Source: Candidatus Saccharimonadota bacterium (GTDB taxonomy: Bacteria; Patescibacteriota; Saccharimonadia; Saccharimonadales; Saccharimonadaceae). From it: a stretch of 32,000 nt of DNA. This document shows, in pieces, positions 23,489 through 32,000 of this stretch. A program made the translations under genes and the position numbers. The stretch is taken from the NCBI GenBank assembly GCA_001897305.1, contig MKSO01000001.1:390001-422000 (forward strand). The letters are read 5' to 3'. The first letter of the stretch is position 1. The number at the start of each line of letters is the position of its first letter. The notes beneath the pieces were generated by a model that saw only the letters and a list, made by a program, of their open reading frames with translations, searched no databases and had not been told where the DNA came from.

Positions 23489-23806
23489 CTATACGTGAGC
23501 TGGGGCGTAGCGTTCGCTCCATACTTCCATGTCATGAAGAATGGGGGCGAGCGCTTTACCCTTCTCGGTGAGCTTATACTCACATCGAGCCCTATCGTTC
23601 GGGAATACCTTCGAAATAATACCTTCTTTTTCTAGAGCATCAAGCCGGGCCGAGAGTGTGCGTGGGTTAATACCTTCAACGAGGTCTTGGATTTGGCAAA
23701 AACGAACTGACTCCTCGTTAATGAAAAACCGAAGCAATTGTGGCGTCCACTTATCGCCGAGAATTTTGGTTGCCGCCTTGACGCAGCCGATAGTATCGTA
23801 TGTCAT
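23489..23806 (-). CDS. HxlR-family winged-helix transcriptional regulator
   Basis: 105 aa. Matches the typical HxlR pattern: GDKWTPQLL...RF..I......I.PRTLSARL..LEKEGII.....P......YKLTEKG..L. Confidence 0.85.
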   Translation of the reverse strand: MTYDTIGCVKAATKILGDKWTPQLLRFFINEESVRFCQIQDLVEGINPRTLSARLDALEKEGIISKVFPNDRARCEYKLTEKGKALAPILHDMEVWSERYAPAHV

Positions 23807-23872
23807 AACTATATTTACTATACAATATCTAGTGGTATTTTAGCAACTATAGAGGGGTATATCGAGGCAGTT

Positions 23873-25030
23873 ATGTGTATAATGATGCATATGAGAACTA
23901 AGATAGATATCGATACCCGTACATTTGTTCGTTTTTGGCTGGTCGTGTTTGGCATCGGCCTGGCTGCTTTTCTATTATATAAAGCTCAAACCGCACTTAT
24001 CATTATAGGTGTGTCACTGTTTTTGGCTCTTGCCTTAAATGGCCCTGTTTCAACATTGGCAAAAAAATTACCTGGACGCAGTCGTGCCGGGGCTACAGCT
24101 ATTGCCTATTTAGTTGTTATTATTTTGCTTGGCGGCGTTATCTTTTTGGTTATTCCTCCAATGATTCAACAATCAGCCAAGTTGGCGCAAAGTATTCCCG
24201 AAGTGGTCGAAACGGCCACGACCCAGTGGCAAGGTCTGCGTCATTTTGTTGAGCAATATAACCTTCAAAGCCAGCTCGATACTGCCCTGACTTCAATTCA
24301 AAGTAGTGCTTCTAACTGGGCTGGCGATGTTGGTAAGAATGTTGTCAGCGGTATTGGCTCGGTGTTTTCTGGCATTGCCGCACTTATTTTGGTATTGGTA
24401 CTCACCTTCTTGATGCTTATTGAGGGGCCAGCCTGGATGGATCGTCTATGGCGCCTATACAAAGACCAGACCAAGATGAAAAAGCATCGTCACGTGCTGG
24501 GGCGTATGTATCACGTAGTTAATGGCTATGTGACTGGTCAGCTTACGGTTTCTGCAATAGGCGCAACGGCTGCAGGTTTGTTCGTGTTTATTCTCAGCTT
24601 TATTTTCCCGCCAGTCTCGGCAAGCTTGGCTATGCCAACAGCGGCCATCACTTTTGTTCTGTCGCTCATTCCTATGTTCGGTGCAACAATTGGTGGCGTA
24701 CTCATTTCAATCTTGTTAGCCTTTAACAGTTTGCCGGCAACGGTTGTGTATGCTATTTTCTTCGTGGTATACCAGCAAATCGAGAACAATTTTATCTCTC
24801 CGCATATCCAGTCAAAGCGTATCGATTTATCGGCGTTGATGGTATTAGCTGCCGTTACAATTGGTTTGTATATGTTTGGTATTGTCGGAGGTATTATTGC
24901 TATCCCTATTGCTGGCAGCCTTCGTATCTTGATTGAAGAATTTTTAGAGCACCGTCAAGCTCAGCCAGCAATCGAGCCGCCAAAAGCACGACTGGTGACG
25001 GCTAAATCAAAAGCCTCGAAAGAAGCCTAG
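23873..25030 (+). CDS. AI-2E family transporter (PerM/UPF0118)
   Basis: Polytopic, with a conserved YQQIENNFISPHIQSKRI block. The track start at 23738 would overlap hxlR. ATG 23873 has GAGG 5 nt upstream. ATG 23891 is a leaderless alternative, 7 nt after TATAAT at 23878..23883. Confidence 0.85.
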   Translation: MCIMMHMRTKIDIDTRTFVRFWLVVFGIGLAAFLLYKAQTALIIIGVSLFLALALNGPVSTLAKKLPGRSRAGATAIAYLVVIILLGGVIFLVIPPMIQQSAKLAQSIPEVVETATTQWQGLRHFVEQYNLQSQLDTALTSIQSSASNWAGDVGKNVVSGIGSVFSGIAALILVLVLTFLMLIEGPAWMDRLWRLYKDQTKMKKHRHVLGRMYHVVNGYVTGQLTVSAIGATAAGLFVFILSFIFPPVSASLAMPTAAITFVLSLIPMFGATIGGVLISILLAFNSLPATVVYAIFFVVYQQIENNFISPHIQSKRIDLSALMVLAAVTIGLYMFGIVGGIIAIPIAGSLRILIEEFLEHRQAQPAIEPPKARLVTAKSKASKEA

Positions 25031-26604
25031 GCTATATATTCCCAGACTGGGCCAGAAGCGGTATCGCGAACAGTGATGCCGCTTTTTTCTAGCTGAACGC
25101 GGATTTCATCAGACTTTTGATAATCTTTGGCTTCACGGGCTCGGGAACGCTCGATGATAAGACGCTTTTGATCATCAGCGATGTCTTTTGTTGTTTCAAT
25201 AAGTTTAAGCCCGAATAGCTGGTCGATAGTTTCTAAGAACTGGACAAAAGCGTGTTGGTGGACGTCGTCAAGACGACTGCGAAGTACTTCCCCAAAGGCT
25301 TCTTCAATGATAGCAAAGGCTTCGGCCGTGTTTAGGTCGTGAGACAAAGCTTCCAGCATTGCCTTGCTAGCGGCATAGAGTGAAACCGTTTTACTATCCG
25401 TTTCAACACTGTCGTCGGTTGTGAGTGTATCATGAATTTGATGGCGCAAGGCAGCGACATTTCGCCAGTTTAGGCGCCGGTTTTTAGCTGCCGTTAGGTT
25501 CTCAAAGGTAAAGTTACCTTCGGTACGGTAATGGCTTTGCAGAATAAACAGGCGGAGATCGAGCGGATCATAGCCTTTCTCGGCTAGATCATCGAGGGTA
25601 TATCCATTGCCAAGCGATTTGCTAATTTTCGTGCCGTTCACTTTTAAATGGTTATTGTGGAGCCAATAATTAGCAAACTGCACACCACTAGCGGCCTCTG
25701 ACTGTGCAATTTCGTTGGTGTGATGCACGGGAATATGATCAATGCCACCGGTGTGAATATCGATTGTTTCACCTAATAATGTCATGGCCATGGCGGAGCA
25801 TTCAAGATGCCAGCCGGGAAAGCCCATAACCTTGCTTGTATCCGACGCCGAGTCACCGAAATCTTCTGAAACGGCTTCGCGCCGCGAATCTATCGGGGAG
25901 TTAGCGCCCTCAGATTCTCGGGCTGCAGATGTTTCTGAAGATTTGGTGACTCGTGTCATATCAAGCAAGTCGTGCGGGGTTTCCCATTCCATATCTCGTT
26001 TCTCGCCAGTTGGTGTGAACTTCCATAATGCAAAATCACTGGCATTGCGTTTCTGAGGGTTATATTCAACGCGGGCGCCTGCTTTTTGCTCGTCTAGGTC
26101 AAGTTGAGCGAAGTTGCCGTAGGTTGGGAATTTGGCAGTATCATAATAAATACCATCGTCGATTTGATACGTATAGCCTTTATCTTTCAGTGTGCGAACA
26201 AGTGCGAGCTGTTGTTCGATATATTCGGTTGCTTTTGGCATGTGCGTCGGTGCTATTAAGTTAAGCACCGTCATGCCGTTTAAAAAGTCTTCTGTATAGT
26301 GTTTGGCAACTTCCCAGGCAGTGGTTCCATCACGCTTAGCACCCTTTTCAAGCTTATCCTCGCCATCGTCTGCATCACTCACCAAGTGTCCGACATCAGT
26401 AATGTTCATAACGCGGGTAACATCGTAGTTGTGTGCTTCAAGTAGCCGAACAAGGGTGTCCCAGTATACGTATGCCGTCCAGTTGCCAACCGTAAGATAG
26501 TTGTATACAGTTGGCCCACAAGTATAAAGGCTTACCTTTCCTTTGTGGATCGGCTCGAATGCTTCGACTTGTTTGCTGAGTTGGTTATGAAAGCGTAGAC
26601 TCAT
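25027..26604 (-). CDS. cysS: Cysteine--tRNA ligase, atypical (HIGH replaced by TVGN, with a low-complexity insertion of about 49 aa)
   Basis: Blocks: CGPTVYNY, GFPGWHLECSAM, HHTNEIAQ and KISKSLGN (KMSKS). I chose the start at ATG 26604 (MSLRFHNQLSK...) because it matches usual CysRS N-termini. The track start is 26631. Confidence 0.88.
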   Translation of the reverse strand: MSLRFHNQLSKQVEAFEPIHKGKVSLYTCGPTVYNYLTVGNWTAYVYWDTLVRLLEAHNYDVTRVMNITDVGHLVSDADDGEDKLEKGAKRDGTTAWEVAKHYTEDFLNGMTVLNLIAPTHMPKATEYIEQQLALVRTLKDKGYTYQIDDGIYYDTAKFPTYGNFAQLDLDEQKAGARVEYNPQKRNASDFALWKFTPTGEKRDMEWETPHDLLDMTRVTKSSETSAARESEGANSPIDSRREAVSEDFGDSASDTSKVMGFPGWHLECSAMAMTLLGETIDIHTGGIDHIPVHHTNEIAQSEAASGVQFANYWLHNNHLKVNGTKISKSLGNGYTLDDLAEKGYDPLDLRLFILQSHYRTEGNFTFENLTAAKNRRLNWRNVAALRHQIHDTLTTDDSVETDSKTVSLYAASKAMLEALSHDLNTAEAFAIIEEAFGEVLRSRLDDVHQHAFVQFLETIDQLFGLKLIETTKDIADDQKRLIIERSRAREAKDYQKSDEIRVQLEKSGITVRDTASGPVWEYIA

Positions 26605-27580
26605 ACTCTGATACTGCCTTGTCGGTTGCATTTATTAGTTCGTTTATTATTGTGTCATAGCTTTCAAACACTTTAAAGCCCGCTGCGTAGGCATGACCGC
26701 CACCGCCAAAATAGCCAGCAATAACATCGGCAATAGGCATGTTGACGCGAATTTTTCCAGTCAGCTTGCCGTCTGGGTAGGTTTTTATAGCCACGGCGAC
26801 TTCGACACCCTCTACCATCCGCATTTCTTCTAGTACGAGCACGCTTGGGTTATAGCGGTCGCTGTACTCGGCGATGTCTTCCCAGGGGATGTGTACGATA
26901 GCTAGTTTACCGTCGGCAAAATACTCGATGCGTTCAATCAACTCGCCTTTGTACTTAAGAATGTCGGCCGGCTTCTTCATATACTCGCGGCGGCGATTCT
27001 CTACTTCGGCTGGGTTAGCGCCCAACATGACAAGGTCGGCGGCTACTTGGTAGCTGTCGGCGGTGGTTGATGGTGTGGTCAGGCCTAAACTATCGGCTTG
27101 AATGGAGATAAACATACTTTCAGCGGCGTCTGGGGTGATGTTCCAGCCAGCAGCTTTAGCTAAACGGTAGAGCAGCTCGCTCGTTGCGACTGCTTTGGGG
27201 TCAACTACTGTGACGGTCTCAAAGGGCAGGTCCCCCGCTGTTTCATGGTGGTCAAGTATGATGACTGGGTGTGATTCAAGAAAGTGGCGCACACCGGGCT
27301 GGGCCAGTGCTTGCTGAATGAGTGCTTCGGCCTGAGTATCAACGATAATAGCGACTTCACGGTCAGTGGGCCAGTCTTTTTCTACCCTGTCCCAGCCTTT
27401 TATATAGTGCATGTATTTAGGGATATCAATGGCGCAGTACAGTTTTACGTCCTTGCCTGCTTCAGAGAGTAGTTCTTCGAGCGCTAAAGAACTACCAAGG
27501 CTGTCGCCGTCTGGGTTTTCAGCTTGGATGATGACGATTTTTTGAGCATCGTTTAGTGTGGCTATAAGTGTATCAAACAT
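26585..27580 (-). CDS. nrnA: DHH/DHHA1 phosphoesterase (NrnA-like oligoribonuclease/pAp phosphatase)
   Basis: 331 aa. Motifs: DGDSLGS, ILDHHE and GGGGHAYAAGF. Confidence 0.85.
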   Translation of the reverse strand: MFDTLIATLNDAQKIVIIQAENPDGDSLGSSLALEELLSEAGKDVKLYCAIDIPKYMHYIKGWDRVEKDWPTDREVAIIVDTQAEALIQQALAQPGVRHFLESHPVIILDHHETAGDLPFETVTVVDPKAVATSELLYRLAKAAGWNITPDAAESMFISIQADSLGLTTPSTTADSYQVAADLVMLGANPAEVENRRREYMKKPADILKYKGELIERIEYFADGKLAIVHIPWEDIAEYSDRYNPSVLVLEEMRMVEGVEVAVAIKTYPDGKLTGKIRVNMPIADVIAGYFGGGGHAYAAGFKVFESYDTIINELINATDKAVSEYESTLS

Positions 27581-27600
27581 TGTTTTTATTGTAGCATGGC

Positions 27601-28215
27601 TTATAACAAGCGGCGGCCCTCAAGGGCGTGGCTAAGAGTAATCTGGTCGGCATACTCCAAGTCAACTCCCACGGGAATGCCTCGTGCTAGGCGGCTTATT
27701 TTAATGTCAATGCCAGCATCTTTAATGTGCTTTTGTAAAAATAAAGCGGTAGATTCGCCTTCAACGCTGGCATTAGTGGCAATAATAACCTCTTCAACGC
27801 CATCAGAGGTGAGGCGGCTAATAAGTTCCGGAATATGAAGCTGTTCCGGGCCAATACCGTCAATAGGGCTCATCGCCCCGCCCAGTACGTGATAGGTGCC
27901 TTTAAACTGCCCTGTGCGCTCGAGGGCAACGATATCGAGCGGCTCCTCCACGACAGCGACAAGCTTTTTGTCACGAGAACTATCACTATATAAACTGGAG
28001 ACTTCTTCGTCGGCGCTAATTAGAGCGAACGTAATAGGACAGGTTTTTACCTGCGCATGGACGTCATGAATTGCAGTAGCGAGGCTGTCGTTGATTCGTT
28101 GGTCGGTGCGCAAAAGATAATACGCGTAGCGCTCGGCGGTTCGCTGGCCAACACCAGGCAAACGGCCGAGTTCATCAATTAACTTTTCTAATGCAACAGG
28201 CAATAATCGTGCCAT
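27601..28215 (-). CDS. recR: Recombination protein RecR (zinc-finger cysteines mostly absent)
   Basis: 204 aa. HhH motif LPGVGQRTAERYAYYL and Toprim block VVEEPLDIVALERTGQFKGTYHVLGG...SP.DGIGP. Only one Cys is present where the C4 finger normally sits. Confidence 0.9.
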   Translation of the reverse strand: MARLLPVALEKLIDELGRLPGVGQRTAERYAYYLLRTDQRINDSLATAIHDVHAQVKTCPITFALISADEEVSSLYSDSSRDKKLVAVVEEPLDIVALERTGQFKGTYHVLGGAMSPIDGIGPEQLHIPELISRLTSDGVEEVIIATNASVEGESTALFLQKHIKDAGIDIKISRLARGIPVGVDLEYADQITLSHALEGRRLL

Positions 28216-28251
28216 TACTCGCTACTACTCATTTCTATGTATTAATACGGC

Positions 28252-28542
28252 TTACAGCCCAAGGCTACCAAGGCCACCCATGAGGGGCTTCATCTTTTCG
28301 GCGGCAACTTCTTGTGCTTTTGCAAGTCCATCGCGTACCGCAATTTCGATCCAGTGTTCTAGCTCGGCAATGTCGTCAAGGTCAACCCGAGCTGGGTCGA
28401 TATTGATTTTCTTTATCTTTAGCTCACCGGTGATCTGTACAACAACTGCACCATCGCCTGCTTCAACTTCAATAATTTCCTTTTTCAGGTCGCTCTGCGC
28501 TTTACGTAGCTTATTCAGCATTTTCATTTGGTCAAAAGCCAT
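28252..28542 (-). CDS. ybaB: YbaB/EbfC family nucleoid-associated protein
   Basis: 96 aa with the typical layout: N-terminal helix (LNKLRKAQSDLKKE), then EAGDGAVVVQITGELKIKKINIDP, then an acidic helix and a C-terminal MGGLG tail. Confidence 0.88.
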   Translation of the reverse strand: MAFDQMKMLNKLRKAQSDLKKEIIEVEAGDGAVVVQITGELKIKKINIDPARVDLDDIAELEHWIEIAVRDGLAKAQEVAAEKMKPLMGGLGSLGL

Positions 28543-28594
28543 CTATTCCTCCGTTTTTTCTCTGGATTATTATACCATACCTGACAGTGCCGCC

Positions 28595-30016
28595 CTACTG
28601 ACGCGTGATCATATACCAACGGTCCGCCAGGTCGGCGCGTGAATTGGTAATAATGCGTGTAATCGTATACCCGTCGGTATTCTTCCAGGCATCGTGAGAT
28701 ACGACCGCAGTAGGTTTGGTGAGGGTTGTGGTAACTTGAAGGTTTTTTTCGTACTTTGCCACGGCCTTGTAAAATGGATACTCTTCGTTACTTACGACTA
28801 TGGTTGTATTCTCGGGAAGGAGTGCTAAGTCGGTTGAAAACAATGGCGCAACGTTAGGACTGTAATGATAGCCGTAGCCATACCGTACAAGCCCAGTGGT
28901 CAATAAGATGCCTACAAGAAGTACAATTGGTACCAGTCCGGCAATACGAGCGTAAGGATTAAGTGGGAAGAGGCGGTACCAGTATCCAATAAGTGAAGTG
29001 AGTCCAGCAGCAAGCATTAGCACGGATGGTACAAATGTTACTGAGGTAAATGACGGGTTGAGTAGTAGAACTGGGATAAGACAAATAAACCAGAATATAA
29101 TCAGATAACTGCGTGTTGTCTCTCGGGTTCTAATAAGTCGGTAGATACCAAGAACGATCAAAAGGGCCGAGCCAAGCCCAAAGACTGGTGTCATAAGTTC
29201 GGTTGCGCTTGGCTCCCAGAACAAGAAGTACTGCTTGAGAACAATTATAGCGTTTGCGCCCAAGTCTGGAGGCCAGCTCGTTGGAACACCAAGTAATGCG
29301 AGCCCAAGCTGAGGTGAGCTAATGCATAGTAAGACAAGTGGTGTGATTATAGCTAGAAATATAACGGTAACGATGCTAAGCCGTACTTTTGATAGGCGTC
29401 GTACGATGCTGCGTAAGTGCGGATGAAGAACCATAGCTAAAACAATTGCAATTAATGGGTAGACGCTGAGCGGAGTATAAAGACTTAGCCCAGCTACGAT
29501 TGCAAATAGTATTTTCCATAAGAAACGCCATTTTTTGCCGCGTGTAATTTGCGTACCAAGCAGTAATAGAAGAATTGGCCAAAAAATGTAGAGCACACTT
29601 GGTGTGCCTGATTGTGCAATAAAAAGGAACTGACCCGTCGAGATGGCAATAAGCGATGCGAGCACGGCAATATTCGGTTTAAACCATCGTCGGAGTAATA
29701 GCACGAGCCCAATAGCAGAAAGAAGCGCCAAAATAAGCGATGGCAATTTTATGGTAAAAATACTGACACCGAACACGGCAAAAATACCAGCCTGAAATGC
29801 ATAATACGGCAAGTTCGTAATTGCTAGACTTGAAGTATCGCTCAGCGAGAGGCTGGCGGCACGAACCACTGATCTTGTTTCAGCCGCAGATAGTGCCCCC
29901 GGTAAATAAAAGCCAGCAAAGATGAGTAACGCGGTTAAGAGTAAGCCAATAAGGCCGTATCCAATAACGTAGCGGTGGCGATATAAAAAGTATTTTGAAA
30001 AATCACGTGTAGCCAT
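28595..30016 (-). CDS. Polytopic membrane protein, possibly a GT-C fold glycosyltransferase (GT39/ArnT-like)
   Basis: 473 aa with about 11-12 hydrophobic helices and a C-terminal soluble domain of about 90 aa. The architecture resembles GT-C enzymes, but I could not identify a diagnostic catalytic motif. The coding call is strong and the function is tentative. Confidence 0.5.
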   Translation of the reverse strand: MATRDFSKYFLYRHRYVIGYGLIGLLLTALLIFAGFYLPGALSAAETRSVVRAASLSLSDTSSLAITNLPYYAFQAGIFAVFGVSIFTIKLPSLILALLSAIGLVLLLRRWFKPNIAVLASLIAISTGQFLFIAQSGTPSVLYIFWPILLLLLGTQITRGKKWRFLWKILFAIVAGLSLYTPLSVYPLIAIVLAMVLHPHLRSIVRRLSKVRLSIVTVIFLAIITPLVLLCISSPQLGLALLGVPTSWPPDLGANAIIVLKQYFLFWEPSATELMTPVFGLGSALLIVLGIYRLIRTRETTRSYLIIFWFICLIPVLLLNPSFTSVTFVPSVLMLAAGLTSLIGYWYRLFPLNPYARIAGLVPIVLLVGILLTTGLVRYGYGYHYSPNVAPLFSTDLALLPENTTIVVSNEEYPFYKAVAKYEKNLQVTTTLTKPTAVVSHDAWKNTDGYTITRIITNSRADLADRWYMITRQ

Positions 30017-30057
30017 GACAATACCCTTAGTATAGCACGAGCAAGAAGCAAAAAGTG

Positions 30058-31404
30058 CTACTCGTGCTTGCGATCGAGTGACATGAAGCGGAGGCGTTCT
30101 GGGTGGAAATAGAGCTCAACTTTACCAACAGGCCCGTTACGGTGTTTGGCGATGATGAGGTCAGTGATGTTTTCTCTTTCTGTTTCGGGGTTGTAGTAGG
30201 CCTCACGATAAATAAACATTACAATGTCGGCGTCTTGCTCGATCGAACCAGATTCACGCAAGTCGGCCAGCTGTGGTATCTGAGGTGAGCGGCTTTCAAC
30301 CGAACGAGACAACTGACTCAGGGCAATAACGGGTACATTGAGTTCACGGGCAATAAGTTTAAGCCCACGCGAGATTTCACTCACCTCCTGTACACGGTTA
30401 CCATTATCTCGACCACTCCCCTGCATCAGCTGGAGGTAGTCGATGATAATAAGGCCTAGTGGCTGGTCGTGGGCGGCGCGACGTGCTTTGGTGCGCATTT
30501 CTAGTACGCTCAGACCAGGAGTGTCATCAATATAAATAGGCGCTTCAGCCATTTCTCCCATGGCATCAGACAGCTTACTGAAGTCGTCGTCGGAAAGATT
30601 TCCCGTGCGAATATTCCAGCTATCAACACCCGAGGCGTCAGCCAGCATACGGTCGACTAGCTGCTCTTTACTCATCTCGAGGCTAAAGAACAGTACTGGT
30701 TGTTTAGCGATGGTTGCGACGTTGTAGGCAAGGTTTGTCACTAAAGTAGTTTTACCCATGGCTGGACGGGCCGCTAGGATAATGAGGTCGCTACGTTGCA
30801 AACCGGCAGTCATATTATCAAGATCACGATAGCCGGTTCGGACACCACGTAGGCTTCCTTTGTTGCGGTGAAGCTCCTCGAGACGGTCGAAGCTATCGGT
30901 AAGGATACTTTCCAGACTAATAAGGTCTTGCTTGAGCGATTGATCACTGACTGAAAACAGCTCTGCTTCGGCTTGTTGTAGTAGCTCCTGGGTAGTGGTA
31001 TTTTCATCGTAGCCCAGCTCGGAAATTTCACCACTAGCCTTAATAAGGCGACGTCGGACGGCTTTTTGGGCGACGATTTCGGCGTAGCTTTCAGCGTGGG
31101 CGGCGGTTGGTACATAGTTGGTTAATTCGGTTAAATAGGCAGAACCACCAATCTCGTCAATTTCATTTTTGCGCTTTAATTCGTCGGTTAAGGTAAGGAG
31201 GTCGACCGGTTTATTCTTTTCGTAGAGGCGCATAATTGCATCGAAAATAATAGCGTGTCGCTTGTCGTAAAAGTCTTTTGGCTTTACATGTTCAGTGATA
31301 TCGGCAAGCGTTTCTTCGTCAATAAGAATAGCCCCAAGAAGACTCATCTCGGCATCTAGGTTTTGTGGTGGTACTTTCCCGGCTGGGACTGATTTATCGG
31401 CCAT
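30058..31404 (-). CDS. dnaB: Replicative DNA helicase DnaB
   Basis: 448 aa. N-terminal PPQNLDAEMSLLGAIL, Walker A ARPAMGKTT, IIDYLQLM, and RNGPVG near the C-terminus. No intein. Confidence 0.95.
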   Translation of the reverse strand: MADKSVPAGKVPPQNLDAEMSLLGAILIDEETLADITEHVKPKDFYDKRHAIIFDAIMRLYEKNKPVDLLTLTDELKRKNEIDEIGGSAYLTELTNYVPTAAHAESYAEIVAQKAVRRRLIKASGEISELGYDENTTTQELLQQAEAELFSVSDQSLKQDLISLESILTDSFDRLEELHRNKGSLRGVRTGYRDLDNMTAGLQRSDLIILAARPAMGKTTLVTNLAYNVATIAKQPVLFFSLEMSKEQLVDRMLADASGVDSWNIRTGNLSDDDFSKLSDAMGEMAEAPIYIDDTPGLSVLEMRTKARRAAHDQPLGLIIIDYLQLMQGSGRDNGNRVQEVSEISRGLKLIARELNVPVIALSQLSRSVESRSPQIPQLADLRESGSIEQDADIVMFIYREAYYNPETERENITDLIIAKHRNGPVGKVELYFHPERLRFMSLDRKHE

Positions 31405-31448
31405 AGCTCCCCTTTATGTCTATGAAGCAGAGCATGCTGTGGATGCTT

Positions 31449-32000
31449 TTATGCGGCTTCCAACGACACCTCTATTCCTCCGCCCATAATATCAGCAATT
31501 GCGGCAGCTTGCGAGTTCTTCATAGGGGCCCTTGTGGGTACGGTGTGGATGACAGGTTGAAAACCAGCAACAGTAGAAATTGATTCGTAGAGGTGCGTTA
31601 GGTATTTTTGATCATCGAGTTTCTTCTTATAAAATGCGTTTACCGCAAAGATGGTGAGGTCTTCGCCTTCGAGTGTGTAGTCGCATTTAGATAACACACT
31701 ATAGAGAGCAACGTAGTGTTCGCGAGTGTGTTCGATGAGCTTGGCCCAATCAAATGGACCATCGTCGACTTGGGTTGTCTTTGGAGCTGCCTTTTTAGCA
31801 GGCACTTGCACTTCCTTCTCTATCTGTACTGGACTAGGTGTGGGGTTGACGGCCTTTTCCTCGGGGAGTGGCTCAACGGCTTGTTTTGTAAGCTCCTCAA
31901 TAGTTGCTGAAACTTCTAGCACTGGTGTGGCCAAAGCTACATGCTTGGGCTTGGATTGCAAGGAGGCGTTACCTAGCACGCTTAAAAGTTTAATGGCCGG
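31449..32000 (-). CDS. dnaX: 3' portion of the DNA polymerase III gamma/tau subunit gene (partial, continues past the window end)
   Basis: The reading frame stays open to position 32000, so the track start at 31979 is only an internal GTG. There is a Pro/Lys/Glu-rich linker, then a C-terminal domain ending in AAAIADIMGGGIEVSLE. This resembles Gram-positive-type DnaX tails. The nearby ybaB and recR genes support the call. Confidence 0.55.
   Translation of the reverse strand, partial: PAIKLLSVLGNASLQSKPKHVALATPVLEVSATIEELTKQAVEPLPEEKAVNPTPSPVQIEKEVQVPAKKAAPKTTQVDDGPFDWAKLIEHTREHYVALYSVLSKCDYTLEGEDLTIFAVNAFYKKKLDDQKYLTHLYESISTVAGFQPVIHTVPTRAPMKNSQAAAIADIMGGGIEVSLEAA

Noticed and set aside
23738-23872. 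The long start of the AI-2E transporter ORF given in the track (430 aa).
   Set aside because: It would overlap the divergently transcribed hxlR coding region by 69 nt, and it encodes non-hydrophobic, Cys/Tyr-rich sequence. Downstream ATGs (23873, 23891) have plausible signals.
25784-26056. 90-aa antisense ORF opposite the cysS insertion region.
   Set aside because: It is a shadow of the Ser/Asp/Glu-rich insertion on the coding strand. It has no start-site signals, and cysS conservation resumes on both sides in the minus frame.
1-32000. Search by eye for tRNA/rRNA genes, CRISPR arrays, IS elements, integrases or phage genes.
   Set aside because: None found. Intergenic spacers are mostly under 120 nt. 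The longer ones (2957-3088, 10992-11341, 14891-15260, 15513-15677, 18886-19006) contain promoters, leaders and terminators rather than cloverleaf-like or repeat-spacer structures.

Overview
Gene-dense bacterial chromosome segment, roughly mid-40s % G+C by hand-sampled lines. It is almost fully coding, with many 1-4 nt gene overlaps. I found no rRNA, tRNA, CRISPR, transposase or integrase.

Gene content:
- 116-2956 (minus): a three-gene flavin operon. It encodes an exported FMN-binding protein, the ApbE flavin transferase, and an RnfD/NqrB-like membrane domain fused to an FNR-type reductase.
- 3089-9348: a translationally coupled cyoABCDE quinol oxidase and heme O synthase operon, a small membrane protein, and a convergent type II NADH dehydrogenase.
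- 11342-19498: DEAD-box helicase, cardiolipin synthase, an Erm-type rRNA methyltransferase, small hypothetical ORFs, a CYTH protein, a P-type ATPase and a GreA-like factor.
- 19599-23448: an OmpR/histidine-kinase pair with a MacB/FtsX-type ABC exporter.
- 23489-32000: HxlR regulator, AI-2E transporter, CysRS, NrnA, RecR, YbaB, a polytopic (possibly GT-C) membrane protein, DnaB, and the 3' end of dnaX.

The outstanding anomaly is a sharply bounded island of about 1.6 kb and about 65% G+C at roughly 9447-11070. It carries a single gene for a secreted, sortase-anchored (LPNTG) surface protein with a Pro/Thr stalk and actinobacterial-style codon usage. It sits between two native promoters.

The overall gene content fits a small-genome bacterium with a Gram-positive-type envelope, possibly Saccharibacteria/CPR. 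That assignment is inference and cannot be verified from this window. If it holds, the island could be a host-derived adhesin.

Secondary leads:
- an Erm-like gene with a GC-rich, structure-prone upstream region
- a perfect CRP/FNR-type palindrome in front of cyoA
- several candidate leaderless promoters
- atypical CysRS and RecR sequences
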